A stretch of 64,000 nt of DNA, taken from sequence record PV660463; one strand, given 5' to 3'. The position numbers were made by a program, and so were the translations under genes. The stretch comes from Escherichia phage LF82-41. Below the pieces are notes generated by a model. The model was not told the DNA's origin. It saw only the letters and a list, made by a program, of their open reading frames with translations, and ran no database searches. Shown here in pieces: positions 50,789-59,876 of the stretch (position 1 is the first letter of the stretch; every line of letters begins with the position of its first letter).

Positions 50789-50940
50789 AATATTTTCCTC
50801 TGTCTTACGGACGTTAGGTCATTTAGCTGATAGGTCTATAATATCATGCCCTCAGGTAGTGTACACTCTTTTTTCATAAAATGCTTTAATTTTTTATGTG
50901 TTATAATGGTTCTGAGTTCCATCCGGTTATTCCAATTCAG

Positions 50941-51549
50941 TCAGTAACTGACAATAGACAGATTCCAGATTGTATAACGTCCATCCTGAATAATAGAATC
51001 TACACGCAGTGTAGTCCCTATAGGGAGCATAAATTCACATTCGTCAGATATAAGTCTAGCATTAGACCGTCTTGTCGCTTCAGGAAAAGCTCCATTGAAC
51101 TCACAAGATGGCGCAGCCAGAATCATGTTAAGCATATGTTCACGGAAGTTGAAAGCAAATGGTGCATCTTTGATGCAGAACATATTAAATGTTCCGTAAA
51201 AATTATACGAAGCAAAGTTACGTGCTACACCGAACACTGGACTAAAGCTCATTACTCTATCAAATTTAATAATACTACCAATACCTTTATCATCGAGTGC
51301 GGCCATAGTTTTCTTAGAGATTCCACGATACATTGTCTCAGGAACAGAAGACGTCCAATTTCTACGAACGATTGAACTTAACTCCTGTTGAATACAGTCT
51401 GGCTTGTTTTCCATACACTGCCAAAGGATGCTTTGTTCAATGTCGCTGAATTGACTATCAATTTCGTACTGCAATACATCTTGATATTCGGGGTTTTGAG
51501 CACGACGAACCATTTCTTCAATTTCACACTCGTTATACGGCATAAACAT
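50941..51549 (-). CDS. modA: ADP-ribosyltransferase ModA-like
   Basis: 202 aa; paralogous to next ORF; YRGIS (R of R-S-E ART motif); position. Confidence 0.7.
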   Translation of the reverse strand: MFMPYNECEIEEMVRRAQNPEYQDVLQYEIDSQFSDIEQSILWQCMENKPDCIQQELSSIVRRNWTSSVPETMYRGISKKTMAALDDKGIGSIIKFDRVMSFSPVFGVARNFASYNFYGTFNMFCIKDAPFAFNFREHMLNMILAAPSCEFNGAFPEATRRSNARLISDECEFMLPIGTTLRVDSIIQDGRYTIWNLSIVSY

Positions 51550-51606
51550 TTAGGTTTCTCCTGTGGTTGATAAAGGTATAGTATCATCATCGGAAGAGTT
51601 TGTACA

Positions 51607-52188
51607 CTAAAAATTCAACATTTTTAAATGAATGATTTTGTATAGTCGAGATAAAGGGTCATATTCTAAGTCTTCAATTTCCACAATCTCAAATCTAGAG
51701 ATACCTGAGACCATGTATTCTTGTTCAGATTCAATCATATCTAGGACGTCAACACGCGTTTCTTCCATAACATGCTTAGGATTCTTTCCGGCAAGTACAA
51801 TGTTAACCATGTTTTGGTAGTAATCAAAAATGAATGGAGCATTCCTGAGACTAAGAATAGTGTACGTCTGATATTCCCATCTCCCGGAGAATTGACGAGC
51901 TGTACCGAAATCAGTTGTGAACGATGTTACTCGTCCAGGAGACCATTGGCATCCAACAGAAAGAAGGGAAAGACGTTCTACTTCTTCTGGAGTTACACCA
52001 CGGTAGAGTTCTACTGGTACTGTAGAAGTCATATGCTTACGAACAAGATGGTCTAATTCATAGTGGAAATCCGGGTCTTCCTTAGAATCGGTGCAAGCCC
52101 AGAGAATGTTTTGTTCTTGGCGGGTGAATTTACTATCAATCAGATTTGTTAGGTATTCGCGTTCTTGAAGTTCAGATTGACATGTCAT
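51607..52188 (-). CDS. modB: ADP-ribosyltransferase ModB-like
   Basis: 193 aa; paralog of modA (LYRGVT, shared conserved blocks). Confidence 0.7.
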   Translation of the reverse strand: MTCQSELQEREYLTNLIDSKFTRQEQNILWACTDSKEDPDFHYELDHLVRKHMTSTVPVELYRGVTPEEVERLSLLSVGCQWSPGRVTSFTTDFGTARQFSGRWEYQTYTILSLRNAPFIFDYYQNMVNIVLAGKNPKHVMEETRVDVLDMIESEQEYMVSGISRFEIVEIEDLEYDPLSRLYKIIHLKMLNF

Positions 52189-52243
52189 GATAGACCTCCA
52201 TTTAAAGATAAGCCTATCATAACACGAGAGGAGGGAATGTAAA

Positions 52244-52408
52244 CTACTTTTTAAGCTTTCCTACTAAAGGACCATCTGGGCCAGGTTGTTCTAACATGAA
52301 TAAGGACGCTTTAAAAAGCAATGTCAACCCTTTCACCATTCGATACCATGTCTCAAAGTCTTTTTCCTTGATTTCTAGTAAGAATTTCTCTTTCAATTTA
52401 TCTTTCAT
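52244..52408 (-). CDS. hypothetical small protein (54 aa)
   Basis: My own translation MKDKLKEKFLLEIKEKDFETWYRMV...; ATGA overlap with upstream ORF; below track cutoff. Confidence 0.35.
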   Translation of the reverse strand: MKDKLKEKFLLEIKEKDFETWYRMVKGLTLLFKASLFMLEQPGPDGPLVGKLKK

Positions 52409-52593
52409 TTCCAAGGACTCCATGGTGGAGGGTCGTCATAATAAGAGGCAAGGTCTTTCAGGGCTTCGACAGGTAAACTAAAGCCGTGTCGTTGTATAAT
52501 ACTATCTAGTTCATCAACAAGTTCACTACGATGCACTTTAGGAGCCTCAACTTCAGGCTCGTCAAACATACTCATAAGGTCCATATTATTCAC
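52405..52593 (-). CDS. hypothetical small protein (62 aa)
   Basis: ORF track. Confidence 0.35.
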   Translation of the reverse strand: MNNMDLMSMFDEPEVEAPKVHRSELVDELDSIIQRHGFSLPVEALKDLASYYDDPPPWSPWK

Positions 52594-53050
52594 CGAGATA
52601 AAAACTAACAGGTTCAGAGAATGTTTCTAGCGCTACACCTTTTGTCTTAAAAAATTTCCAAATAGCTCGTTGCAAATGGACTAAATCTGCTAATGATGTA
52701 ATAAAGTATTTTTTGGCAAAATACTTATGGTCCCGCTTTTCAAACAGGTCTAAACGCTTTTCAGGATTCACATAAACAGCATTTTCTGTAGATTCGTACC
52801 CTAAATCCTTTATGCCTTCTTCAAGACTAAACGGAGAATTTTTAGAACGAGTAATAGCTCCAACTCGCTCTACACGAATTTTGTAACCTTTAGGAATCTG
52901 CAATTTGCAGAATTCTTCTACGATATATTGCGGATTATTTAGACTTTTGTTAATGAGAATAACTATTTCTAGTGGAGTCTTATCTTCCACTGGTATATGT
53001 TTAAATGACTTGGCTTCAAGCAAATACATTTTAAATAGCATAGCATCCAT
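52586..53050 (-). CDS. hypothetical protein (154 aa)
   Basis: ORF track; in the mrh/srh region of the T4 map. Confidence 0.45.
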   Translation of the reverse strand: MDAMLFKMYLLEAKSFKHIPVEDKTPLEIVILINKSLNNPQYIVEEFCKLQIPKGYKIRVERVGAITRSKNSPFSLEEGIKDLGYESTENAVYVNPEKRLDLFEKRDHKYFAKKYFITSLADLVHLQRAIWKFFKTKGVALETFSEPVSFYLGE

Positions 53051-53256
53051 TATAATTTCCTCGATGGTTCACCCATATAAAGTTTTACAATACGTTCGCC
53101 TTCATCTTCGACGAGCTTTTCTTCATGTTTCTGGAATTCTTTAGCCATATTCTCTTCAAGAACATCCAGCCAATCTTCTGGACCGACACCATCGTCCCAG
53201 CTTTTAAACCATTTAACTATCTTGTTCATTCGCAGCTCCCTGAGCTTGAACCACAA
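53050..53256 (-). CDS. hypothetical small protein (68 aa)
   Basis: ORF track. Confidence 0.4.
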   Translation of the reverse strand: MWFKLRELRMNKIVKWFKSWDDGVGPEDWLDVLEENMAKEFQKHEEKLVEDEGERIVKLYMGEPSRKL

Positions 53257-53537
53257 TCAGAATAACTTGACCCGGAATCACCAGACCAAGACGATACGTA
53301 TGAATGATTATAACTTGATGAGTTTGAAGCAGACTTAGGACGAACAACTTCTTCCATCATGCCGTCACCGATATATTCCCAACCTTTTTCGTGTGTATCA
53401 GGAATAGGCATCATACCTTCGCCTGGTTTAACAGCAAAAAACTTCTTCAGCATCGTAAGCATTAATTGTTCCTCGAACAAAACGAACACCACCATCATCC
53501 CAACGGATTTCGGCATTAAATTTGACGTCTTCACCAT
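53226..53537 (-). CDS. hypothetical protein with Ser/Cys-rich C-terminus (start uncertain)
   Basis: ORF track; N-terminal part overlaps next gene, true start probably internal. Confidence 0.3.
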   Translation of the reverse strand: MVKTSNLMPKSVGMMVVFVLFEEQLMLTMLKKFFAVKPGEGMMPIPDTHEKGWEYIGDGMMEEVVRPKSASNSSSYNHSYVSSWSGDSGSSYSDCGSSSGSCE

Positions 53538-53655
53538 CCATCATGAATGAGTGTACGACTACATCATCGTAATATCCAAGACCGTATTTCAACGAAACTT
53601 CTTGAGCAATCAAAGCACCTAATGTGTTATTAGGTTTAATCCAACGATTTAACAT
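53428..53655 (-). CDS. hypothetical small protein (about 75 aa)
   Basis: Track ORF trimmed to ATG at 53655 with RBS AGAGGAGAA. Confidence 0.4.
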   Translation of the reverse strand: MLNRWIKPNNTLGALIAQEVSLKYGLGYYDDVVVHSFMMDGEDVKFNAEIRWDDGGVRFVRGTINAYDAEEVFCC

Positions 53656-53730
53656 ATTGTTCTCCTCTTGAGTAAGTAAGAATATCTTAACACAGTTTTT
53701 ATTGGTTGTAAACTGTAGAAACAAAAAAAA

Positions 53731-53748
53731 GGAATCCCGAAGGATTCC
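53731..53748 (-). terminator. intrinsic terminator after soc
   Basis: rc GGAAUCC-UUCG-GGAUUCC followed by UUUUUUUU. Confidence 0.7.
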
Positions 53749-53757
53749 TTAAATTAT

Positions 53758-53994
53758 TTAACCACTTACTGGTGTAGGGGTAAACATTGCAGCGTTCTTA
53801 GTTTTCCAAGTTGCTGCATCAGAAACGACATCAGAATAAGCTGCCTTTTCTGATGGAAAGATTTGGTAATGGGAATCTGCAATCCGATGTTCGTTTGAAT
53901 AAATCTCAAACGGCACAGAAACTTCCATACCTTTAACTTCTTTGCCTTCACCAGCAGGATGCGTAAAGGTTTTGATGTTTACATAACCACCCAT
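53758..53994 (-). CDS. soc: small outer capsid protein Soc
   Basis: 78 aa; GYVNIKTF...AHYQ.FPSEKAAYS resembles T4 Soc; late promoter 32 nt upstream; strong terminator downstream. Confidence 0.8.
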   Translation of the reverse strand: MGGYVNIKTFTHPAGEGKEVKGMEVSVPFEIYSNEHRIADSHYQIFPSEKAAYSDVVSDAATWKTKNAAMFTPTPVSG

Positions 53995-53996
53995 AA

Positions 53997-54317
53997 TTAA
54001 CTCCTTTGTTGTTTAATTACAGGTGTATTTATAATGAATTTCTTCGGGACAATAAAATATCCGAATTTAGCTAATATAACAACATCACCGTTAATTATTA
54101 CCGGAGAATAATCATCTGGAGTATTAAATTTCCAGTGGAGTCTAGTATTATATCCATCAGAGCCGAATGCTTTATTAGCCGGTCTCCCGGCTTTTTGCCA
54201 TGCATAAAAATCAAGTTTCATTTGCAACCCAATCAACCATATGTAGATGGTCTGATAATTGACTAACATGCTGAAGCTGATTAGACAGGAGCTTACAAAT
54301 AAGCTCACTGTTATCAT
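53997..54317 (-). CDS. hypothetical protein (106 aa)
   Basis: ORF track; contains the soc late promoter near its 3' end. Confidence 0.4.
   Translation of the reverse strand: MITVSLFVSSCLISFSMLVNYQTIYIWLIGLQMKLDFYAWQKAGRPANKAFGSDGYNTRLHWKFNTPDDYSPVIINGDVVILAKFGYFIVPKKFIINTPVIKQQRS
54026..54033 (-). promoter_or_regulatory. late promoter (TATAAATA) for soc
   Basis: Forward tatttata = rc TATAAATA, 32 nt upstream of soc ATG, inside the preceding ORF. Confidence 0.65.
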
Positions 54318-54383
54318 TTTTAAATAGCTGGTTAATACGTTTCTTGTGGGCTTTCTTAAGCTGGCGTTTATTTAAACGAGCCA

Positions 54384-54905
54384 TTAATAACCTCGGTCTT
54401 GACGTGCGAAGTTTTCAGCATTTTTCAGGTAATACAGTTTAAAGATTTCTTCTGCAGTAAGTCCAAGGCCTTGGAACATATTCAGAACAAAGTGGAGGAT
54501 ATCAATCATCTCAAATTTAATTTCAAGCTGGTCTTCAGGAGACAGTTCATCGATACGACGATTTCGATATTCAGCATGGTGTGCTTTCCATGGCTTCCAT
54601 ACAGAGCTAGCGGCTTTTTCACCGTTGGACATACCACCAAGTGAAGTCAGCAGTTCACGGAATTCATCATCAATATAATCTTTCTGATTACGCAGCCAAT
54701 CAACAACATCACCGGCAGTAGCCAATTCATCAGGATGTTTGTTATGTTCAGGCTTGTCATTTGCCAGACGAACCTGTAAAGATTTCTGCATATCAAGCAT
54801 TACCTGCAGTGGGTCTTTATCTTCGTGAATCAGAGCATTAAAATAAGCTTCTTCTGCTTTATCAACACCAGAAATAAGTTGTGAACATTCGTTAAAGTGT
54901 GCCAT
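54384..54905 (-). CDS. 56: dCTPase/dUTPase gp56 (MazG-like)
   Basis: Start set to ATG at 54905 (MAHFNEC..., RBS AAGGAAAAATA) as in T4 gp56. Confidence 0.85.
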   Translation of the reverse strand: MAHFNECSQLISGVDKAEEAYFNALIHEDKDPLQVMLDMQKSLQVRLANDKPEHNKHPDELATAGDVVDWLRNQKDYIDDEFRELLTSLGGMSNGEKAASSVWKPWKAHHAEYRNRRIDELSPEDQLEIKFEMIDILHFVLNMFQGLGLTAEEIFKLYYLKNAENFARQDRGY

Positions 54906-54993
54906 TATTTTTCCTTTCAATTCAGTATAAGAGAGTTAATTCTAACATTAATTTTATAAAGCGTAATAAATAATAGGTAACTAAGGAGATATT

Positions 54994-55191
54994 ATGTTTA
55001 AACTTCCATCGTTAATCAACGCTATTAAAGGCAATAAAAAGAAAACTGCTATCGCTGCAATAGTTGTAGGTGGCATTATTTCATGGAACTTCGGGATTGC
55101 ACCATTGTTAGTTGCTAATGGTATTATAGTTCCTTCTGTTCCATTGGATACTGTAGTTGATTTGGCCTTTGCTATTATAGGGCTTGTTTAA
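54994..55191 (+). CDS. small hydrophobic protein (65 aa) on the opposite strand
   Basis: Strong SD AAGGAG 7 nt upstream of ATG; two hydrophobic segments; converges on gene 61. Confidence 0.45.
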   Translation: MFKLPSLINAIKGNKKKTAIAAIVVGGIISWNFGIAPLLVANGIIVPSVPLDTVVDLAFAIIGLV

Positions 55192-56210
55192 ATCTTCGAA
55201 TAACGAGATAATCTCATTTTAGCATGCAACCCACTTGAAATATTCTGTTTCATATATTCTAAAATTTCTTGTGGTGTTGCATTTTCTTTCATTACCATAT
55301 CATTCACATCCTTTGATCTCCATGGACTTCGGTCCCAGAACATGACACGTTCGCCTGCATCAACTAATCGCTTCATGCGAGCTATAGTATCCGGATGCCT
55401 AGGTTCATTATCCATTACCCATACCCGACGTTCTTTAAATGGTACCACATCTAAATCTATTGAGCCGCCTGTAATAGCGATTGCATTGGGTATGAATAAA
55501 CTATCAATAGGGCCTTCCATTACCCAGACGTCCCCTTCCTTAACACGTTCAACACCATAAATTTTTGTTGCAGACTCAAACGCTTTAATAGTGATATATT
55601 TCTGAGGAGCATCTTTACGAAGTGCACGTCCTTGGAATGACTCGGCCTTCCCATCTTTATTAAAAATAGGAATCACTAAACGCGGTTCAGGAATCTCTTT
55701 CTTATACGTACCAGGTTGAATCTTGTTGACCAATTTAGGCCATTCTAATGTGAACCATAATCTGTTCCATGATTCTTTAGGAATACACCGAGACTTAACA
55801 TATTTCACAATAGGATGCTCTTCAGGCAGCTTGTCCAGACGAGAACAAGACGGCAAAGAATTTATAGTCTTTTTCTCTGGGGCAGGCTTAGCTTCAGGAA
55901 CCTTTTCAATCTTTGGTTCCATTCTAGCTTTTTCTTTACGAACTTCCATTAGATATTCGCGATAAAGCTCTTCATCATACTCTTTTAAGTATCCGGAAAT
56001 TGTATTATGATATTGACAGTTATAGCAATGCACATTACCTGGAGTACCGCCATAATACCATCCACGAGCTTTCATTGCATCTGTCTGGGAGTCGCCACAA
56101 ACTGGACATCGAAATGTTAATTTAAATGTGCTTGAATTATTGATTTGTCTAAAACGAGGTAGGTGAGAAAACGCACGATAAGCAAATTCATTATCTATCC
56201 ATTCAGCCAT
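55188..56210 (-). CDS. 61: DNA primase gp61
   Basis: 340 aa; N-terminal zinc ribbon CPVCGDS...CYNCQYH; Toprim-type core. Confidence 0.93.
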   Translation of the reverse strand: MAEWIDNEFAYRAFSHLPRFRQINNSSTFKLTFRCPVCGDSQTDAMKARGWYYGGTPGNVHCYNCQYHNTISGYLKEYDEELYREYLMEVRKEKARMEPKIEKVPEAKPAPEKKTINSLPSCSRLDKLPEEHPIVKYVKSRCIPKESWNRLWFTLEWPKLVNKIQPGTYKKEIPEPRLVIPIFNKDGKAESFQGRALRKDAPQKYITIKAFESATKIYGVERVKEGDVWVMEGPIDSLFIPNAIAITGGSIDLDVVPFKERRVWVMDNEPRHPDTIARMKRLVDAGERVMFWDRSPWRSKDVNDMVMKENATPQEILEYMKQNISSGLHAKMRLSRYSKI

Positions 56211-56249
56211 AGTATTCTCCAGAGGCCTTAAATTAATAAGGCCATCATA

Positions 56250-56744
56250 TCACAACTTATTAATATTTACTTTAATTCGCTTTCTTTTCTTGGAAGGAAT
56301 TTGTTCTGGACCTTTATTTACGACTGCACCTGTAGTTGTTCCTGATGCAATAGCTTGAGGGCTGCCACCTGAATCACCAGCAACCATATCCTCAAATAAA
56401 GGGAGTTCTTTAAATATTTCTTTCTGCTGTTCTTCCGTAATGTTATAGCGGGATGCTACGGCACTCCAGGCAGACATCATTGAGGCCATTCCATTAAGAC
56501 CTGGAACAGTGCTCATCATTCGCTTCATTGAACGAACTGAAGCATGAAAAGGTGTATAAGCCGCTTTCTCTTCTGGAGTAGAAGGACGTTTAAGAACACT
56601 TCCACGTTCATCGATGATTTTGGCTTCGTATGCTTTCCATTCGGTAAAAGGTTTTTGCATTAGTCGAATAAACTTATATGCATAAACTGAATCTATTGCA
56701 GTGTTAATAATACCCATAGGTACCTCCTGAGTATATTTAATCAA
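56250..56744 (-). CDS. hypothetical protein (164 aa, 61.1-like)
   Basis: ORF track. Confidence 0.5.
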   Translation of the reverse strand: MIKYTQEVPMGIINTAIDSVYAYKFIRLMQKPFTEWKAYEAKIIDERGSVLKRPSTPEEKAAYTPFHASVRSMKRMMSTVPGLNGMASMMSAWSAVASRYNITEEQQKEIFKELPLFEDMVAGDSGGSPQAIASGTTTGAVVNKGPEQIPSKKRKRIKVNINKL

Positions 56745-56934
56745 TCACAAAGATCGCTTTATCACCGTTTGCATCTGTGACTTCATATGTAGTGTCTTCA
56801 TAGTGTGGAATATTCCAAATTACACCATCATTAGCTTTTACGCTAATATGGCATTGGTGTTTTGAAACAACTTCATAATCTTCAAAACTTGTAAAAACAC
56901 TAATTTTAGAACCAGTGCAAATTGCAGTAGTCAT
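56737..56934 (-). CDS. hypothetical protein (65 aa)
   Basis: ORF track. Confidence 0.4.
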   Translation of the reverse strand: MTTAICTGSKISVFTSFEDYEVVSKHQCHISVKANDGVIWNIPHYEDTTYEVTDANGDKAIFVID

Positions 56935-56935
56935 T

Positions 56936-57595
56936 TTAACCTCGATTCATAAATGCATTAAATATTTGGTCATCAACAGAAATTTCTAATTCGACTTCAA
57001 TTGTTTCAGCCTTTTCTTCAGGTGGTAATTCGTATCCACACACTACAATTTTTTCATCGATATCAAAATATACAGAAGCAATACGGTTAATGTTACTTTC
57101 AGTTAAGTCTAAATCAACATCAACATCTTTTTGACCTACACTTAAAGGATAACTAATACGGGTTATTTTATTATCTTTAACAAAGAGTCCACCAACATAC
57201 TCTGTACTACGTTTGAAGTTTACACGTTTCCGAATTGAAAGATATGATACATCTTTACCGTGAGCTCGGCTCATAGGACATAATGAATAACTAGAATAAG
57301 AGATATCAAATCCTACGCCTTCAACATGTGCCAGAGTATCATGAGTAAACCAATTATAGTCGTATGCCAAATCCATTAAATTATAATATGTGAACGGAAC
57401 TGGATTAACGTCATACGTTGTACCTTTAAAATCTGCCCAGGCAACGATTTCGTTATCTTTAACAATTACAAAAATTACACCAATATGGTATCCGTTATTA
57501 TTTTCATTCGGCGTTATATTATAACATTGTGCATTAGGAAATTTACCATATTTAAATGGCGCATTTTTGTGCATATAATAAATCATATTATTCAC
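56936..57595 (-). CDS. hypothetical protein (219 aa)
   Basis: ORF track. Confidence 0.5.
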   Translation of the reverse strand: MNNMIYYMHKNAPFKYGKFPNAQCYNITPNENNNGYHIGVIFVIVKDNEIVAWADFKGTTYDVNPVPFTYYNLMDLAYDYNWFTHDTLAHVEGVGFDISYSSYSLCPMSRAHGKDVSYLSIRKRVNFKRSTEYVGGLFVKDNKITRISYPLSVGQKDVDVDLDLTESNINRIASVYFDIDEKIVVCGYELPPEEKAETIEVELEISVDDQIFNAFMNRG

Positions 57596-57881
57596 CTGTG
57601 ATTTCGGTTACGATATCTTTGTTATCGAAATTAGGGTCACAATACAAAACATAGTTGTACTGCATGATACCGCCAGACTTAAGTTGTTCAACAACTTTAT
57701 TAACCATATTAGGACGGTCTCGTTTAGTGATGTTCATGATATCAGAGAAGATTTGTTGTTCAACATCTTCTTGATTTGCAGTCATTGACCACTCACAGAG
57801 GTCTTTATCATAACCTGCTGTAACTGGAGCTGGTGCACATGATACTGCGAGTAAGATTGCTGCCAATGATAACTTTTTCAT
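57588..57881 (-). CDS. sp: periplasmic superinfection-exclusion protein Spackle
   Basis: 97 aa as T4 Sp; signal peptide; GYDKDLCEWSMTA...SGG.MQYNYVLYCD matches T4 Sp as recalled. Confidence 0.8.
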   Translation of the reverse strand: MKKLSLAAILLAVSCAPAPVTAGYDKDLCEWSMTANQEDVEQQIFSDIMNITKRDRPNMVNKVVEQLKSGGIMQYNYVLYCDPNFDNKDIVTEITGE

Positions 57882-57907
57882 TTTAACTCCTTAGTTGATT
57901 TGATAGG

Positions 57908-57940
57908 ACTACTATACTATAGTCCATCTATAATGTAAAC
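57908..57940 (-). promoter_or_regulatory. early-type promoter upstream of sp
   Basis: rc: GTTTAC-N18-TATAGT. Confidence 0.5.
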
Positions 57941-57944
57941 AAGT

Positions 57945-58193
57945 TTATTCTTTTTCGCGAATAATAATTACTTGATGAGGCTGCTGAGCAGATTTCTTTT
58001 CGGCAACGATAGACCAAATTAAAGTTCCAATCCAACCAACCATCGTCCAGTTAAAGAGTAAAGATACAAAGAAGATTGCTGTTGTGCTTTTTGTGTCACG
58101 AATAAGTGCGATTACCCAAGGCAACATGTAAATGATGATTGAACCAATACCTGCGATTAAAACTGCTACTGAACTAGCCACGAATAATTCCAT
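57945..58193 (-). CDS. small integral membrane protein (82 aa)
   Basis: Two long hydrophobic segments. Confidence 0.5.
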   Translation of the reverse strand: MELFVASSVAVLIAGIGSIIIYMLPWVIALIRDTKSTTAIFFVSLLFNWTMVGWIGTLIWSIVAEKKSAQQPHQVIIIREKE

Positions 58194-58254
58194 GTTAATT
58201 TCCTCTTGATTTGTTATGTTTATAGTATCTTGTTTTAACTTCGGTGTAAACCAA

Positions 58255-58623
58255 TTAATTAAATTTGTTTAAACGTTCAATACACTGGACGTAGTTATTC
58301 GCGATTTGTTTCTGGGTAGGCTCTTTACCAGTTGTTTCAACATAGCGAATAAATGCGATTTCAGTAGCCTGTAGACAATGTTCTTTAACGCGTTGTTCTT
58401 TTGACATAGCTACAGTATCAGAGTCACGATAACGTTGAGCATGAGCATCAGCTTGAATCATTCGATTACCTACAGTAACCGGGTCTTCCACTTCAACTTT
58501 AGGTTGGTTATACTGTTTAACATTCGGGTTATAAATCAATTGGCCAACGTTATTAGGGATAAAGCCATGAGCACCACATCCGGTTAATCCAAATACCATT
58601 GCTAAAGCGATTAATTTTTTCAT
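58255..58623 (-). CDS. putative lipoprotein (about 122 aa)
   Basis: Start moved to ATG at 58623 (RBS GAGGAAATTGAA); signal peptide with lipobox LTGC. Confidence 0.5.
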   Translation of the reverse strand: MKKLIALAMVFGLTGCGAHGFIPNNVGQLIYNPNVKQYNQPKVEVEDPVTVGNRMIQADAHAQRYRDSDTVAMSKEQRVKEHCLQATEIAFIRYVETTGKEPTQKQIANNYVQCIERLNKFN

Positions 58624-58650
58624 TTCAATTTCCTCTATAGTTGATAGGTC

Positions 58651-58681
58651 TATAGTATCACTACCATAGACCCCTGTAAAC
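58651..58681 (-). promoter_or_regulatory. early-type promoter
   Basis: rc: GTTTAC-N18-TACTAT. Confidence 0.5.
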
Positions 58682-58693
58682 AATTATTTTATT

Positions 58694-58834
58694 TTATTCC
58701 TCGTCTTCATGCTCGTAAGCATGTTCTTCAGATTCACGGTCGCAGTCTAAACAAGTCGCATTATCATATGCATCGAAAACAGCTTCGTCTTCATAGACGC
58801 TACAACCACACACTACACATTCTACTTCTTCCAT
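58694..58834 (-). CDS. small acidic CxxC...CxxC protein (about 46 aa)
   Basis: Start moved to ATG at 58834 with RBS AAAGAGGAAATCTAAA; ECVVCGC...CLDC motif. Confidence 0.4.
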   Translation of the reverse strand: MEEVECVVCGCSVYEDEAVFDAYDNATCLDCDRESEEHAYEHEDEE

Positions 58835-58835
58835 T

Positions 58836-59039
58836 TTAGATTTCCTCTTTACGCCAATCGGATTCAAAAACTTTCTTATCATCAACAAATGCTTCAACTA
58901 AAGCTTTATTTACTTCAGCAAATTGAGAAGTGGCCCGTAGGATTTGGTCTTTATCAGACACGTCCATGGTAACTTCTTTGGTAAACATATTCCCATTTTC
59001 AAACCAACCAATAAACAACACTTTAGCCATATTTTTCAT
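58836..59039 (-). CDS. hypothetical small protein (about 67 aa)
   Basis: Start moved to ATG at 59039 with RBS GAGGAAATCTAAA. Confidence 0.4.
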   Translation of the reverse strand: MKNMAKVLFIGWFENGNMFTKEVTMDVSDKDQILRATSQFAEVNKALVEAFVDDKKVFESDWRKEEI

Positions 59040-59040
59040 T

Positions 59041-59358
59041 TTAGATTTCCTCACAGAAGGCCCATTCAGCGTGATAAACTGTAGCACCTTTAGTATCATT
59101 CATTTGAACTACGTCTACCGGAGAAATTACTCGATAGAGACGTGGTTCACCTCCATAAGAGCGTGCTGCTCGTCCTGCATAAATCTTTGCTAAACCGATA
59201 TCTTCAGTAAAGAATACACGATCCAAGTTTTTCTTACGTCCAGTTTCAGACAGAACTCCTGTTTCTTCAGGAGGACAAAGCATGTTTTCGATGTTAGCTG
59301 AACTACTTGAACCGTGATAAAAAATCTTAAATTCTGCTTTACAATCGATGGTTTTCAT
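59041..59358 (-). CDS. hypothetical protein (105 aa)
   Basis: ORF track. Confidence 0.45.
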   Translation of the reverse strand: MKTIDCKAEFKIFYHGSSSSANIENMLCPPEETGVLSETGRKKNLDRVFFTEDIGLAKIYAGRAARSYGGEPRLYRVISPVDVVQMNDTKGATVYHAEWAFCEEI

Positions 59359-59383
59359 TTTGTTCTCCAGTAGTTGATAGGTC

Positions 59384-59413
59384 TATAATAACACAACTAC
59401 TGGAGAAGTAAAC
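59384..59413 (-). promoter_or_regulatory. early-type promoter
   Basis: rc: GTTTAC-N16-TTATTAT. Confidence 0.5.
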
Positions 59414-59788
59414 TTAAAAACGTAATTTAGATATATCTGCGTTGATTTCGTTTTGGTTTGCGTCGTATGCAATTAAACGAACCGCTTTAGATGGGTCATT
59501 CAATGCATAGAAATGATGGAACATTGCTCGAACGATATCACCATTTACGAGTTCTACCTGGATAGGAGAACCTTTTTCGAGTTGGAAATGTTCATAAGCT
59601 TTGATGGTTCGTAGATAATCAAGTTTTTGATTTCCAGCTCCAACTATTTGTACGATACGTTTGCCCATGTTTTCCATACGAGATACAATAGTTTTAGGAG
59701 CAAGAATAACGTAGGTTGCCAGCGGAGAAACTACTTCAACAGTTGTGTTTTCGGTGATTGCAGTAAAAATTGCTTGAGACATATTCAT
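59414..59788 (-). CDS. hypothetical protein (124 aa)
   Basis: ORF track; promoter at 59818-59847. Confidence 0.45.
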   Translation of the reverse strand: MNMSQAIFTAITENTTVEVVSPLATYVILAPKTIVSRMENMGKRIVQIVGAGNQKLDYLRTIKAYEHFQLEKGSPIQVELVNGDIVRAMFHHFYALNDPSKAVRLIAYDANQNEINADISKLRF

Positions 59789-59817
59789 AATGTTTTCCTC
59801 TTGGTTGGTGTAAGTTC

Positions 59818-59847
59818 ATCATATCATGCCTAGAGGAAGATGTAAAC
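59818..59847 (-). promoter_or_regulatory. early-type promoter
   Basis: rc: GTTTAC-N18-TATGAT. Confidence 0.5.
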
Positions 59848-59854
59848 CCCGAAA

Positions 59855-59870
59855 GGAGACCGAAGTCTCC
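59855..59870 (-). terminator. UUCG-tetraloop hairpin after gene 41
   Basis: GGAGAC-CGAA-GTCTCC with T5 on the plus side. Confidence 0.5.
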
Positions 59871-59876
59871 TTTTTA

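Noticed and set aside
59041-59358. 105-aa ORF with a YHGS motif reminiscent of the H-Y-E (PARP/diphtheria-toxin-like) ADP-ribosyltransferase signature
   Set aside because: The protein is far too short for a complete ART fold and the remaining motifs do not align convincingly; left as hypothetical.
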